Assembly (NCBI GenBank): GCA_964360785.1
Contig: CAYHXX010000005.1
Location: forward strand, 1 to 54,497
Reading direction: 5' to 3'
Source: an uncultured Gammaproteobacteria bacterium
GTDB taxonomy: Bacteria > Patescibacteriota > Microgenomatia > Woykebacterales > RBG-16-39-9b
Length of the DNA: 54,497 bases
Below the pieces are notes generated by a model. The model was not told where the DNA came from. It was given only the letters and a program-made list of their open reading frames with translations, and searched no databases. The stretch's first letter is position 1. Each line of letters begins with the position of its first letter. This document shows positions 34,564-42,717 of the stretch, one piece after another. The position numbers and the translations under genes are program-made.

Positions 34564-35268
34564 CTAGAGCGTGTACTTCCGGCAGGAGTTGTGACCATAC
34601 ACGAGCCGGAAGGCCGGGCTGTCGGTGTCGAGCGTCGGTAACCACCCGCCGAGCTTGTACTCGAAGGTCGCCTGGAACACAGTCGTGCCTTTGTAAGGGA
34701 AACCATTGATTGTGCTCCAGATCTCGGGACCGGTGATCTTCTCGCTCTTCGTTGACCACCCGAGCCCAGCGTCGGTGTCGATGATGGGGGTGTAGGGCGG
34801 CCACAAAAGATTTCCGTAGTAGCTGTTGGTCCGGTAGGACTGCCAGCCCTTGAGCCTCCAATTGTTGCCCAGAAGCGTATTGAGCTCCTGTTTGCCGTAG
34901 CAGGTCCAACCGATCGTCGTCGATGTCGCCATCGCGCTAAGTTCAGCTGTTGCAGGAGCATTGCCGCACGCTTCGGAGATAAGGACGACCTCGTCCACCA
35001 GTTCGCCGTCTTCGACCTTCTCCTTGACCTTGCCGTCGGTGGGGTCGAGGAAGTGCCTCTTCACCTTGACGGCCTTCTTTTCTTTGTCAGCAGGGTGATC
35101 GCAGGTTGCGAGCACCTCGCCGTCGAAGTCAGCCGGCCTCACCTTTTCCTGCTTAGGCGGCTGCTTCGTGCCATCGGCCTGGGTGAACGACGTTCCTTGG
35201 ACGGTAATACCGATCGCAATGGCGAGCACTGCGAGCACGGTAGCGAAGATGATCGAGCGGAACCTCAT
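34564..35268 (-). CDS. Secreted or membrane-anchored Trp-rich protein (234 aa), GC-rich, unknown function
   Basis: ATG 35268 lies 5 nt after AAGGAGGG. Signal-like N-terminus MRFRSIIFATVLAVLAIAIGITVQG. Two long alternative-frame ORFs overlap it, as expected for high-GC coding DNA. Confidence 0.6.
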   Translation of the reverse strand: MRFRSIIFATVLAVLAIAIGITVQGTSFTQADGTKQPPKQEKVRPADFDGEVLATCDHPADKEKKAVKVKRHFLDPTDGKVKEKVEDGELVDEVVLISEACGNAPATAELSAMATSTTIGWTCYGKQELNTLLGNNWRLKGWQSYRTNSYYGNLLWPPYTPIIDTDAGLGWSTKSEKITGPEIWSTINGFPYKGTTVFQATFEYKLGGWLPTLDTDSPAFRLVYGHNSCRKYTL

Positions 35269-35449
35269 AGGTCCCTCCTTGTGTTTACACACCGTATCCT
35301 AAACGGTGGCTTCTTGCTTTGCCCTCGGTTTGCACTTGTTTTACCTTCCTTCCCGAAGCCCAAAGCAACGATCAATAGGCAAACACCTTTCTTATAGAAC
35401 TATTGCGGAGCGAAAGCCCCTAACCCTCGAGTTGGGTTTGTAGCAAAGA

Positions 35450-35477
35450 ATTATACAACTATAAGTCTAGGTGTCAA
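35450..35477 (-). promoter_or_regulatory. Promoter of island F operon
   Basis: On the - strand, TTGACA (35477-35472), 16-nt spacer, TATAAT (35455-35450). A ~175-nt partly GC-rich leader follows. Confidence 0.55.
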
Positions 35478-35622
35478 CTATTACTCCTTAGTCTTATAGT
35501 TAAGGTTCGTCTAATTCAAATGGGAGCATTTGAAAAACTTATATTGCAAACAATTTTAGACTTATAAATAAAAGAGGAGACAACTTGCGGGAAATCTGCG
35601 GGAAATATGGTATAATTAGTTT

Positions 35623-36681
35623 ATGTTACGGCCCAAATTCACCATTTCCAACTTGGTCCTTCAAAATGTTGCCAAGATTGAGGCTGCGAGAGAGGTGATC
35701 GAAAACTCACCCCTCGTGCCTGCCTGGGAAGAGAAATTTCGAGCCGATGCCCTCGTGCGAGCGGTCCATTTTGGTACCCATATTGAGGGTAATGACCTGA
35801 CCTTATCTGAGGCTAAAGACGTGCTTGAAGGCAAGGAAATTACTGCACACTCACGAGATATCCAAGAAGTGCTCAATTATCGAGCCGTGGTCGAATTCAT
35901 CAATAAAGAGGGGAAAAGTACTGACGAGATTGATCTAGATACAATCCAGAAAATACACAAACTGACTGTCGATAAGCTTGTGCCTACCGAACAAGTGGGA
36001 AAGTTTCGTCAAGTCAAGGTTGTCGTGCGTGGCGTTGAGACCGGTCAGGTTACCTTCACGCCGCCCGAGCCAGCCGAGGTTCCGAAGCAGATAGTTGATT
36101 TTCTCGATTGGTTCAATAGCGATCAGGCTGGGAATATATCACCACTTCTCAAGGCTGGAATAGCGCTCTATGAGATAGTTCGTATCCACCCTTTCACCGA
36201 AGGCAATGGTCGAACGGCTCGTGCGGTGGCAACTTTGAGCCTGTTTAAAGACGATTATGATGTTAAACGTTTCTTCTCCCTGGAAGAATACTATGATGAG
36301 GATCTACCAAAGTACTACAAAGCTCTCCAATCAGCCTCAGATCAGCTGGTTGTTGAGGAAGGGGAACGTGATCTCACTTCCTGGCTAGAGTACTTTACGG
36401 AAGGATTGGCAGTCGAGATCAACAGAATTAAAGAGAAGGTCAAAAAGCTCTCAGTTGATCTGCGTTTGAAGGGTAAGCAAGGGCAAATCACACTCAACGA
36501 TCGGCAAATACGTCTAGTTGAGTTTATGGACCAGTACGGCTCGGTCAACAACAAGCAATGGCGGGAATTGTTTCCAATGGTCTCGGATGATACTATTTTG
36601 CGGGACCTAAAAGATCTGATTATAAAGAAACTAGTGCGAAAGACAGGCTCAACTAAGGCAGCAATCTACCTTTTAAAGTAA
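35623..36681 (+). CDS. Fic family protein (AMPylase-type Fic domain plus C-terminal wHTH-like region)
   Basis: Fic motif HPFTEGNGRTARA, matching HxFx(D/E)GNGRxxR. Confidence 0.88.
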   Translation: MLRPKFTISNLVLQNVAKIEAAREVIENSPLVPAWEEKFRADALVRAVHFGTHIEGNDLTLSEAKDVLEGKEITAHSRDIQEVLNYRAVVEFINKEGKSTDEIDLDTIQKIHKLTVDKLVPTEQVGKFRQVKVVVRGVETGQVTFTPPEPAEVPKQIVDFLDWFNSDQAGNISPLLKAGIALYEIVRIHPFTEGNGRTARAVATLSLFKDDYDVKRFFSLEEYYDEDLPKYYKALQSASDQLVVEEGERDLTSWLEYFTEGLAVEINRIKEKVKKLSVDLRLKGKQGQITLNDRQIRLVEFMDQYGSVNNKQWRELFPMVSDDTILRDLKDLIIKKLVRKTGSTKAAIYLLK

Positions 36682-36720
36682 TATAAAGTTATAATATGAT
36701 ATAGATAAACTGAACCTATT

Positions 36721-38496
36721 ATGAAATTTACGAAGCTAGCAGATTATTTTGAAAAACTTGAATCCGAAACAAAACGTAACGAACTGATACTTATCATGTC
36801 AGAAGTTTTTAAGTCCGCTACTGCGGACGAGATTGATAAGATTTGCTATCTCTTGCAAGGCCGTGTCGTGCCGTTTTTTGATCCAACTGAGATCGGTATG
36901 GCTGAGAAGATGGTTGAACAAGCGGTAGCTGCTGCCTACGACGTCCCGAGGGAGTCGGTAACCGCACTTTCGGGTAAAGAAGGTGATATGGGTATCGCGG
37001 CTTGGGAGTTGAATGAGAAAGCTAAGACAAAATCTACAGATATTACTGTTAACGATGTTCACGAAAAATTGTTGCAAATCGCTCAAACCAACGGCGAAGG
37101 CTCCGTTGAACAAAAAATCTCCCAACTTTCACAGATGCTACAAAAAGTGAATCCAGCGGGAGCCAAGCATTTGGTGCGAGTTCCACTTGGCTTGACCAGA
37201 CTCGGAATTGGTGATCCGACGGTTATGGATGCACTATCAATGGCTAGGACAGGCGACAAATCACTTAGAAAGGACTTGGAAGAAGCCTACAACAAAACCT
37301 CAGACCTTGGTTTTGTAGCTAAAATCTTCTGGGAGAAGGGTATTGAGGCGATAAAAAAGGTCGAGCTCCAAGTTGGTAAACCAATGCGCCCTGCTTTAGC
37401 CGAACGACTTCCGGATGCTGCGGCGGTAGTTAAACGTATGGGCGATAGGTTTGCAATAGAGCCAAAATTTGATGGTTTTCGTTGCCAAGTACATATCAGT
37501 GAGCAGCAATCAGTGAGCAGCAAGCAGAAAGAGAAGACGGTTAGGATTTTTTCCCGTAATTTAGAAGATTTCACCAATTCTTTTCCAGACCTAGTCAAAG
37601 GGTGTTTGGAGGAGATTGAAGCTAAAAGTGTCATACTAGAGGGTGAGGCGATTGCCTACAATCCGGTTTCTGGTGAATTTCTACCGTTTCAAGAAACCAC
37701 CAAACGCCGCCGCAAGTATGGAGTTGCCGAGGCTGCCGAGAAAATGCCACTCAAGCTATTTTGCTTTGACCTGCTGTATCTCAACGGTAAAGATATCACC
37801 AAAGAACCCTACGAGGATCGACGCAGTAAGCTCAAGGAAATTATCAATGATGATTCTGTGACTGTTATGGAGGCTGTCGGTAAGATTGCCCACAACGCCA
37901 ATGATCTTACAACCCAGTTCGAAGAAGCCATTACAGAAGGGTTAGAAGGAGTGATGATCAAGAAATTAGACTCGCCGTATCAGGCCGGAGCCCGCAATTT
38001 CAATTGGATCAAGTTCAAGCGCATGATTGGCGGCGAACTATCCGATACCGTTGATTGTGTAGTACTTGGTTATTTGTTGGGAACTGGGAAAAGGACAGCT
38101 TTTGGTGTCGGAGGCTTGCTGGTTGGAGTTTATAACCCGGACAAGGACGAGTTTGAGAGTATTAGCCGCATAGGTACTGGTTTGACCGATGAAGAGTGGC
38201 GGACGGTTAAAGAAATGGCGGATAAGAATAAACTTGACCACAAACCCGCTCGGGTAAACTCAGTGATTACGCCTTCAGTTTGGGTTGAACCGGAAATTGT
38301 CCTCGAGATCTTTGCGGATGAAATCACCCGCAGCCCACTACACACAGCGGGAAAAACTGGGACTGAGCCTGGGTACGCACTAAGATTTCCAAGATTAGTT
38401 TCTTTTCGCGGAAGTTCAAAAAGAGCCGAAGATGCAACTACAATCGAAGAGATAAAAGAAATGTATCAAGCTCAGTTCAAACACAGAAAGAGCTAG
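36721..38496 (+). CDS. lig: ATP-dependent DNA ligase
   Basis: 591 aa. Motif I EPKFDGFRCQVH (KxDGxR), plus EGVMIKK, LVGVYN and OB-domain motifs. Confidence 0.9.
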   Translation: MKFTKLADYFEKLESETKRNELILIMSEVFKSATADEIDKICYLLQGRVVPFFDPTEIGMAEKMVEQAVAAAYDVPRESVTALSGKEGDMGIAAWELNEKAKTKSTDITVNDVHEKLLQIAQTNGEGSVEQKISQLSQMLQKVNPAGAKHLVRVPLGLTRLGIGDPTVMDALSMARTGDKSLRKDLEEAYNKTSDLGFVAKIFWEKGIEAIKKVELQVGKPMRPALAERLPDAAAVVKRMGDRFAIEPKFDGFRCQVHISEQQSVSSKQKEKTVRIFSRNLEDFTNSFPDLVKGCLEEIEAKSVILEGEAIAYNPVSGEFLPFQETTKRRRKYGVAEAAEKMPLKLFCFDLLYLNGKDITKEPYEDRRSKLKEIINDDSVTVMEAVGKIAHNANDLTTQFEEAITEGLEGVMIKKLDSPYQAGARNFNWIKFKRMIGGELSDTVDCVVLGYLLGTGKRTAFGVGGLLVGVYNPDKDEFESISRIGTGLTDEEWRTVKEMADKNKLDHKPARVNSVITPSVWVEPEIVLEIFADEITRSPLHTAGKTGTEPGYALRFPRLVSFRGSSKRAEDATTIEEIKEMYQAQFKHRKS

Positions 38497-39185
38497 TTCG
38501 CACAAGTTCCTGGGTTATCTTCCTGAGCACAAATCAAACCTGCTCCATTCAAATAGATGTAATATGGGGTCGATCCCGACATTAGTTGAATTGCAATGGC
38601 ATTAGTTACTGGTGTTGATCCAAAACTAGTTGGGTCTTTAAGCCAGTCTGGACGAGGGTCTCCGGTGGGTGGAAAGTCAGAAACTGGGTGAACAGCTGAG
38701 AAAACCTGTCCATCAAATGTAAAGAAAATAACCTCCCGCAGATCTCCATTGGGTAAGTCACCGAAACTCACACCGTTAGTTAAATTCGTAGGGGAACTTG
38801 ATCCATACAGAGGATTATCGGAAGCATCTAGACATGCAGAACCAGTATAAAAGCTGTGTGGGGTTGTATTTTTATCAAGAATAATCCAAGAGCCATAATA
38901 GGTTCCTTGATCCTCTGTTCCCGGGGTAGGAGCTTTACATGAGGGGTCTCCCGCACTCCCATCACCAGTTACAGGCTTGACTGCAGCGACCGAATCTGTC
39001 CGCAGTTTTCTCATTACACTTTGAATCTCTTTTCCTTGATTTTGAAGCTCATTGCGGGTATTGGCTGTGTTGAAGCTAGCAATACCAAGGGTGGAGAGAA
39101 TAACTATAATAACTATCGAGACTAGGAGTTCAACCAGGGTGAATCCCAAATTAGTTTTGAATATTAAGGACAGGTTGTGTTTCAT
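38493..39185 (-). CDS. Type IV pilin-like protein (prepilin-type N-terminal cleavage/methylation domain)
   Basis: TNLG/FTLVELLVSIVIIVIL prepilin motif, with 4 Cys in the globular part. Confidence 0.8.
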   Translation of the reverse strand: MKHNLSLIFKTNLGFTLVELLVSIVIIVILSTLGIASFNTANTRNELQNQGKEIQSVMRKLRTDSVAAVKPVTGDGSAGDPSCKAPTPGTEDQGTYYGSWIILDKNTTPHSFYTGSACLDASDNPLYGSSSPTNLTNGVSFGDLPNGDLREVIFFTFDGQVFSAVHPVSDFPPTGDPRPDWLKDPTSFGSTPVTNAIAIQLMSGSTPYYIYLNGAGLICAQEDNPGTCAN

Positions 39186-39262
39186 TACGCTAGTTCTATT
39201 TTAATCTTTTTATTTCGACCTTTGCAAACAACACCTGAACTTGTGGTAGAATCTTTTTTCCA

Positions 39263-40612
39263 ATGGCCAAAATTGTCTCTGATCTCCACCTTCATTCTGC
39301 ATACGCTCGGGCAACCAGTAAAGACCTCAACTTTGACTCGCTAACTTCTTGGGCGAAAATGAAGGGAATAGATCTACTTTCGAGTGCAGATTTCACCCAT
39401 CCACTTTGGGCGAAAGAAATAAAATCGAAATTAAAAGATACTAGTAACGGCCTGTTTTCCTACAACGGTCTCAACTTTGTACTTGGAGCCGAGGTCAGCT
39501 GTATCTTTTCTCAAGGTGGAAAGTTGCGAAGAGTACATTTATTGCTTTTTGTTTCAAGTATTGAGGCAATGGAAAAAGTTAATCAAGAGCTTGGAAAAAG
39601 AGGAAAACTAGCTTCGGATGGCCGGCCAATACTAGGACTTTCAGCCAAAACGGTTTTGGAGATTTTGCTGGAAGCTGACGAAAACGCAATTATGATCCCG
39701 GCTCACGCTTGGACGCCATGGTTTGGAGTACTTGGCCAGAATGGCGGATTTAACTCTCTGGAAGAGTGTTTCCAAGACTTGGCACCATATATTTACGCTG
39801 TTGAAACTGGTTTGAGTAGCGATCCAGAAATGAATTGGCGCGTGAAGGAGCTCGACAAGCGTTCAATCGTATCCTTTTCTGATGCCCACAGCGCTCCAAA
39901 GATGGGTAGAGAGCTGACAATCTTGGATACTGATTTGAGCTACCCTGGTCTTCTTGAGGCACTAAAAAAACAAAAGATCAGTCAGACTATAGAATTTTAT
40001 CCAGAAGAAGGAAAATATCACTACAATGGCCACAGAAATTGTGATTTCAAGGAAACCCCTGGGGAAACGGTAAAGCGAAACTCACTTTTGTGTCCGGTGT
40101 GTAAGCGTCCACTGACCATTGGTGTGATGCACCGAGTCGAGCAGCTAGCCGAAAAGGATCGACCCGAGGGCTTCCAGGCTAAAGAGCGCCCTGGATTTAA
40201 GAAACTAGTCCCATTGCAGGAGATAATTGCAGAAAGTCTAGGTTTGCCGGTTGCAAGCAAAAAAGTTAAGGAAATCTATTTTAAACTAATAGATAGGTTC
40301 GGCAGCGAACTCGATATTCTCACAAAAATTCCCACCCCTGAAATTTCCACACCGGGAGTGGAAATTAATGATGGTGGAAGTCGGTTAAGGGAAGCTTTAG
40401 AGAAAGTACGGTCGGGTGATATCTTTATCGACCCGGGATATGATGGGGTATTTGGAGTTGTGGAAATTTGGCCCGGCTCGCGTCGGCAAACCTTAGAGAG
40501 CCGAGGCGGGGAGAAAGAAAGTGGAAAAAGTAGTGAAAAAAGAGCCAAAAAAGTGGTTTCTGCTGAACCTAAGAAAGACCCAAAAGATCAACTAAATTTG
40601 TTTGAAAACTGA
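39263..40612 (+). CDS. Endonuclease Q-like PHP-domain nuclease
   Basis: DLHLHSAYARATS, IPAHAWTPW, FSDAHS and GKYHYNGH, plus the zinc finger CPVCKRPLTIGVMHRVEQL. This resembles the EndoQ architecture recalled from archaeal and Bacillus EndoQ. Confidence 0.7.
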   Translation: MAKIVSDLHLHSAYARATSKDLNFDSLTSWAKMKGIDLLSSADFTHPLWAKEIKSKLKDTSNGLFSYNGLNFVLGAEVSCIFSQGGKLRRVHLLLFVSSIEAMEKVNQELGKRGKLASDGRPILGLSAKTVLEILLEADENAIMIPAHAWTPWFGVLGQNGGFNSLEECFQDLAPYIYAVETGLSSDPEMNWRVKELDKRSIVSFSDAHSAPKMGRELTILDTDLSYPGLLEALKKQKISQTIEFYPEEGKYHYNGHRNCDFKETPGETVKRNSLLCPVCKRPLTIGVMHRVEQLAEKDRPEGFQAKERPGFKKLVPLQEIIAESLGLPVASKKVKEIYFKLIDRFGSELDILTKIPTPEISTPGVEINDGGSRLREALEKVRSGDIFIDPGYDGVFGVVEIWPGSRRQTLESRGGEKESGKSSEKRAKKVVSAEPKKDPKDQLNLFEN

Positions 40613-40670
40613 TCCTAAACAGTAGAAATTTTAATTACTGAGTAAACTTATAGTTCAAAATATCTACTTA

Positions 40671-40833
40671 GCTACTTTTCATAAAGTAGCCAAAACTTCC
40701 ACCTGGCAGCGTAAGCTAAAGAAATCCAAGCCGCTCGTATACGTCGACAACTCGACTTCAGAAAGTCTCAAACAAGTCCGACTTAATATCTCGCTTAGTT
40801 GAATTTCTTTTGCACGCTTACTTGCAACGGTGG
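40671..40833 (+). repeat. Intergenic structured repeat family, copy 3 (diverged)
   Basis: Hairpin GCTACTTTTCATAAAGTAGC, then CCAAAAC, GCTAAAGAAATCCAAGCCGCTCG, a variable middle, and the 3' block TTGAATTTCTTTTGCACGCTTACTTGCAACGGTGG. Confidence 0.6.
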
Positions 40834-40876
40834 GTAAAAGCTTGACACAGAACATAAGATAATTGACACTGAAATC

Positions 40877-41464
40877 ATGAAACGTCTGGCACAAGTTATT
40901 TCCATCGGGTTTGAACCTTTTACAGTTTCTTTTGTGGCTTTGACTTTGGTTACTTTGAGACTTCCACTAACTTTGGAATCAAAGATAGTCTGGTTTGTCG
41001 TTGCCATCCTTTTGGGAGGATTGCCGCCAACAGCAGTTTATCTTTATGAGCGCAAAACTGGAAAGATACATGATTGGTTTATCACCAATCGGGTGGAGAG
41101 AAAAGATGTTCAGCTTGCTTGGATGTTGGGTTCAGGTTTGTTTTTCCTGACAGCACTATTTTTTGACGCGCCGAGATTGTTGTTGGCTTTGAGCCTGACT
41201 CTGGTTTGGATCAGCCTTTTGATTACAATTGTCTCCTTGTATTGGAAAATAAGTGTGCACATGGTCGGGGTAACTCTTTTTGTGATGGTTTTGCTACTCA
41301 CTTATTCGGCAAATTATTTCTGGGCACTAGCTTTGTTACCACTTGTTGCTTGGGCACGGATAAAGCTGGGACACCACACCCTCAGTCAAGTAACCGTGGC
41401 AACTATTTTGACAATCATTGTTACCTATTTTGTCTTTAATCTTTATAGTCTAACCACTTTTTAG
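40877..41464 (+). CDS. Polytopic membrane protein, possibly reduced PAP2-like phosphatase
   Basis: About 6 TM helices. SVHMVG and ARIKLGHHTLSQV resemble PAP2 motifs C2/C3 (PSGH; SRxxxxxHxxxD). This is a weak inference. Confidence 0.4.
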   Translation: MKRLAQVISIGFEPFTVSFVALTLVTLRLPLTLESKIVWFVVAILLGGLPPTAVYLYERKTGKIHDWFITNRVERKDVQLAWMLGSGLFFLTALFFDAPRLLLALSLTLVWISLLITIVSLYWKISVHMVGVTLFVMVLLLTYSANYFWALALLPLVAWARIKLGHHTLSQVTVATILTIIVTYFVFNLYSLTTF

Positions 41465-41467
41465 AGT

Positions 41468-41676
41468 CACCTTTTGCCGAAAAGGTGACACCAAAGCGGC
41501 CAGCTGATGAGCCTTTGGCTAAAAATCTTGCTTAACTCCTTAATTTTCAAAAACTCTCCGCCAGCTGGCGGATCAGACAGTTTGAAAATTTCCTGTGGAA
41601 CAGTCATTAAGCTACGCTTTTCTTGACGCGTCGGCTCAAAGCTGGGAGTTTTCTTTGACGCTGCTCGCAACGGTGG
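41468..41676 (+). repeat. Intergenic structured repeat family, copy 4 (diverged, longer)
   Basis: Hairpin CACCTTTTGCCGAAAAGGTG, then ACACCAAAGC. A long apical hairpin TTTTCAAAAACTC-TCCGCCAGCTGGCGGA-..GTTTGAAAA follows, then the 3' block TTTTCTTTGACGCTGCTCGCAACGGTGG. Confidence 0.6.
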
Positions 41677-41767
41677 TCCAGGGAGATTTTCTGATAACGA
41701 CCCACTGCTAACTGCTGTTAATTTTGCATTTTTAATTTTCAATCTGGTAAAATTAAAACAGCTGTCT

Positions 41768-42208
41768 ATGTTAACAACCCCACATCTTTTAGTTGGAGCA
41801 GCAATAGGTTCACAATTCAACAACCCCTATATCGTGGTGCCGGTAGCGGTAGCCAGTCATTTTGTTCTCGATAGTGTCCCACATCTGATGGGGATAGTTG
41901 AGGTACACGATTTGGGTAAAAAAGACCTCGCTTTTGTGGCCGGAGATGTGATACTAGGGGTCTGTTTGGTTTATATCTTTTCTTTGCTTACTCCCAACCC
42001 AGCTCTGATCTATCTGGGAGCTTTTGCTAGCATGGTTCCGGATTTTCACCATACGTTCCAAGCTTTGTTTGGCCCGCACAAGTTGAAAAAGTACACTAAT
42101 TTACACTTGAAATTTCATTACAAAAAAAAGATGTCACCATTTGCAGGCATGGCAACGCAAGCTTTGACGATTGTATTGTCGATGGTTTTCATTTGGTTCG
42201 GGCTCTAG
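41768..42208 (+). CDS. Small polytopic membrane protein (possibly YdjM/DUF457-like metal-dependent hydrolase)
   Basis: 146 aa with HLLVGAAIG and SHFVLDSVPH motifs and 4 TM helices. Confidence 0.4.
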   Translation: MLTTPHLLVGAAIGSQFNNPYIVVPVAVASHFVLDSVPHLMGIVEVHDLGKKDLAFVAGDVILGVCLVYIFSLLTPNPALIYLGAFASMVPDFHHTFQALFGPHKLKKYTNLHLKFHYKKKMSPFAGMATQALTIVLSMVFIWFGL

Positions 42209-42259
42209 CTCTTGCAATTGGAAAGGTCCGTGACCTAAAATATAAGATAAGGTTCAAAC

Positions 42260-42706
42260 ATGCCCAAACTGCCTACAAAATATTTTTACGCAATCTCCGC
42301 TGGTATTCTAATCCTTTTTGGAATCTTAGCTCTATTCTTTCTCTACCAACAGGGTGGTTTTTCAAAAAAAGATAACAACGAAATAAAAACTTTTCCCGGA
42401 GCAACTCCCGAGAACAAAAATCCAGAATCTAGCTACAAAAAAAACGGTTTCTATGGAACTGTGACTTCTGTTGACCCAGACAAAAGAGAACTGGATGTGA
42501 AAAATACTGAGGATGGCGCAATTTATAGCCTGAAATTAAATAGCAAAGGGGTGGTGACAAAGTCTGGCAAAACAAGCAGTTTTGATCAGATAAAGACTGG
42601 TGATAAGGTTAACGTCTATTCTGAGAATGCGGAAACCTTGGATGAAGAGAGAACAATAAGTATTGACCTGATAAATATCTCTGTGAGACCGGATTCGCTA
42701 CCTTAG
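42260..42706 (+). CDS. Hypothetical membrane-anchored protein
   Basis: 148 aa with an N-terminal TM helix and a small beta-rich-looking domain. It lies immediately upstream of the giant surface protein. Confidence 0.5.
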   Translation: MPKLPTKYFYAISAGILILFGILALFFLYQQGGFSKKDNNEIKTFPGATPENKNPESSYKKNGFYGTVTSVDPDKRELDVKNTEDGAIYSLKLNSKGVVTKSGKTSSFDQIKTGDKVNVYSENAETLDEERTISIDLINISVRPDSLP

Positions 42707-42717
42707 CGAGAAATAAA

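Noticed and set aside
34436-34961. 157-aa and 136-aa minus-strand ORFs overlapping the island F genes
   Set aside because: They are alternative frames of the same high-GC segment. They have no SD sequences, Arg/Pro/Ser-rich low-complexity translations, and they span the intergenic junction of the real two-gene operon.
41467-41823. 118-aa minus-strand ORF
   Set aside because: It lies entirely across repeat copy 4 and the start of the downstream + strand gene. Its translation has no features. It is best explained as a chance ORF in a noncoding repeat.
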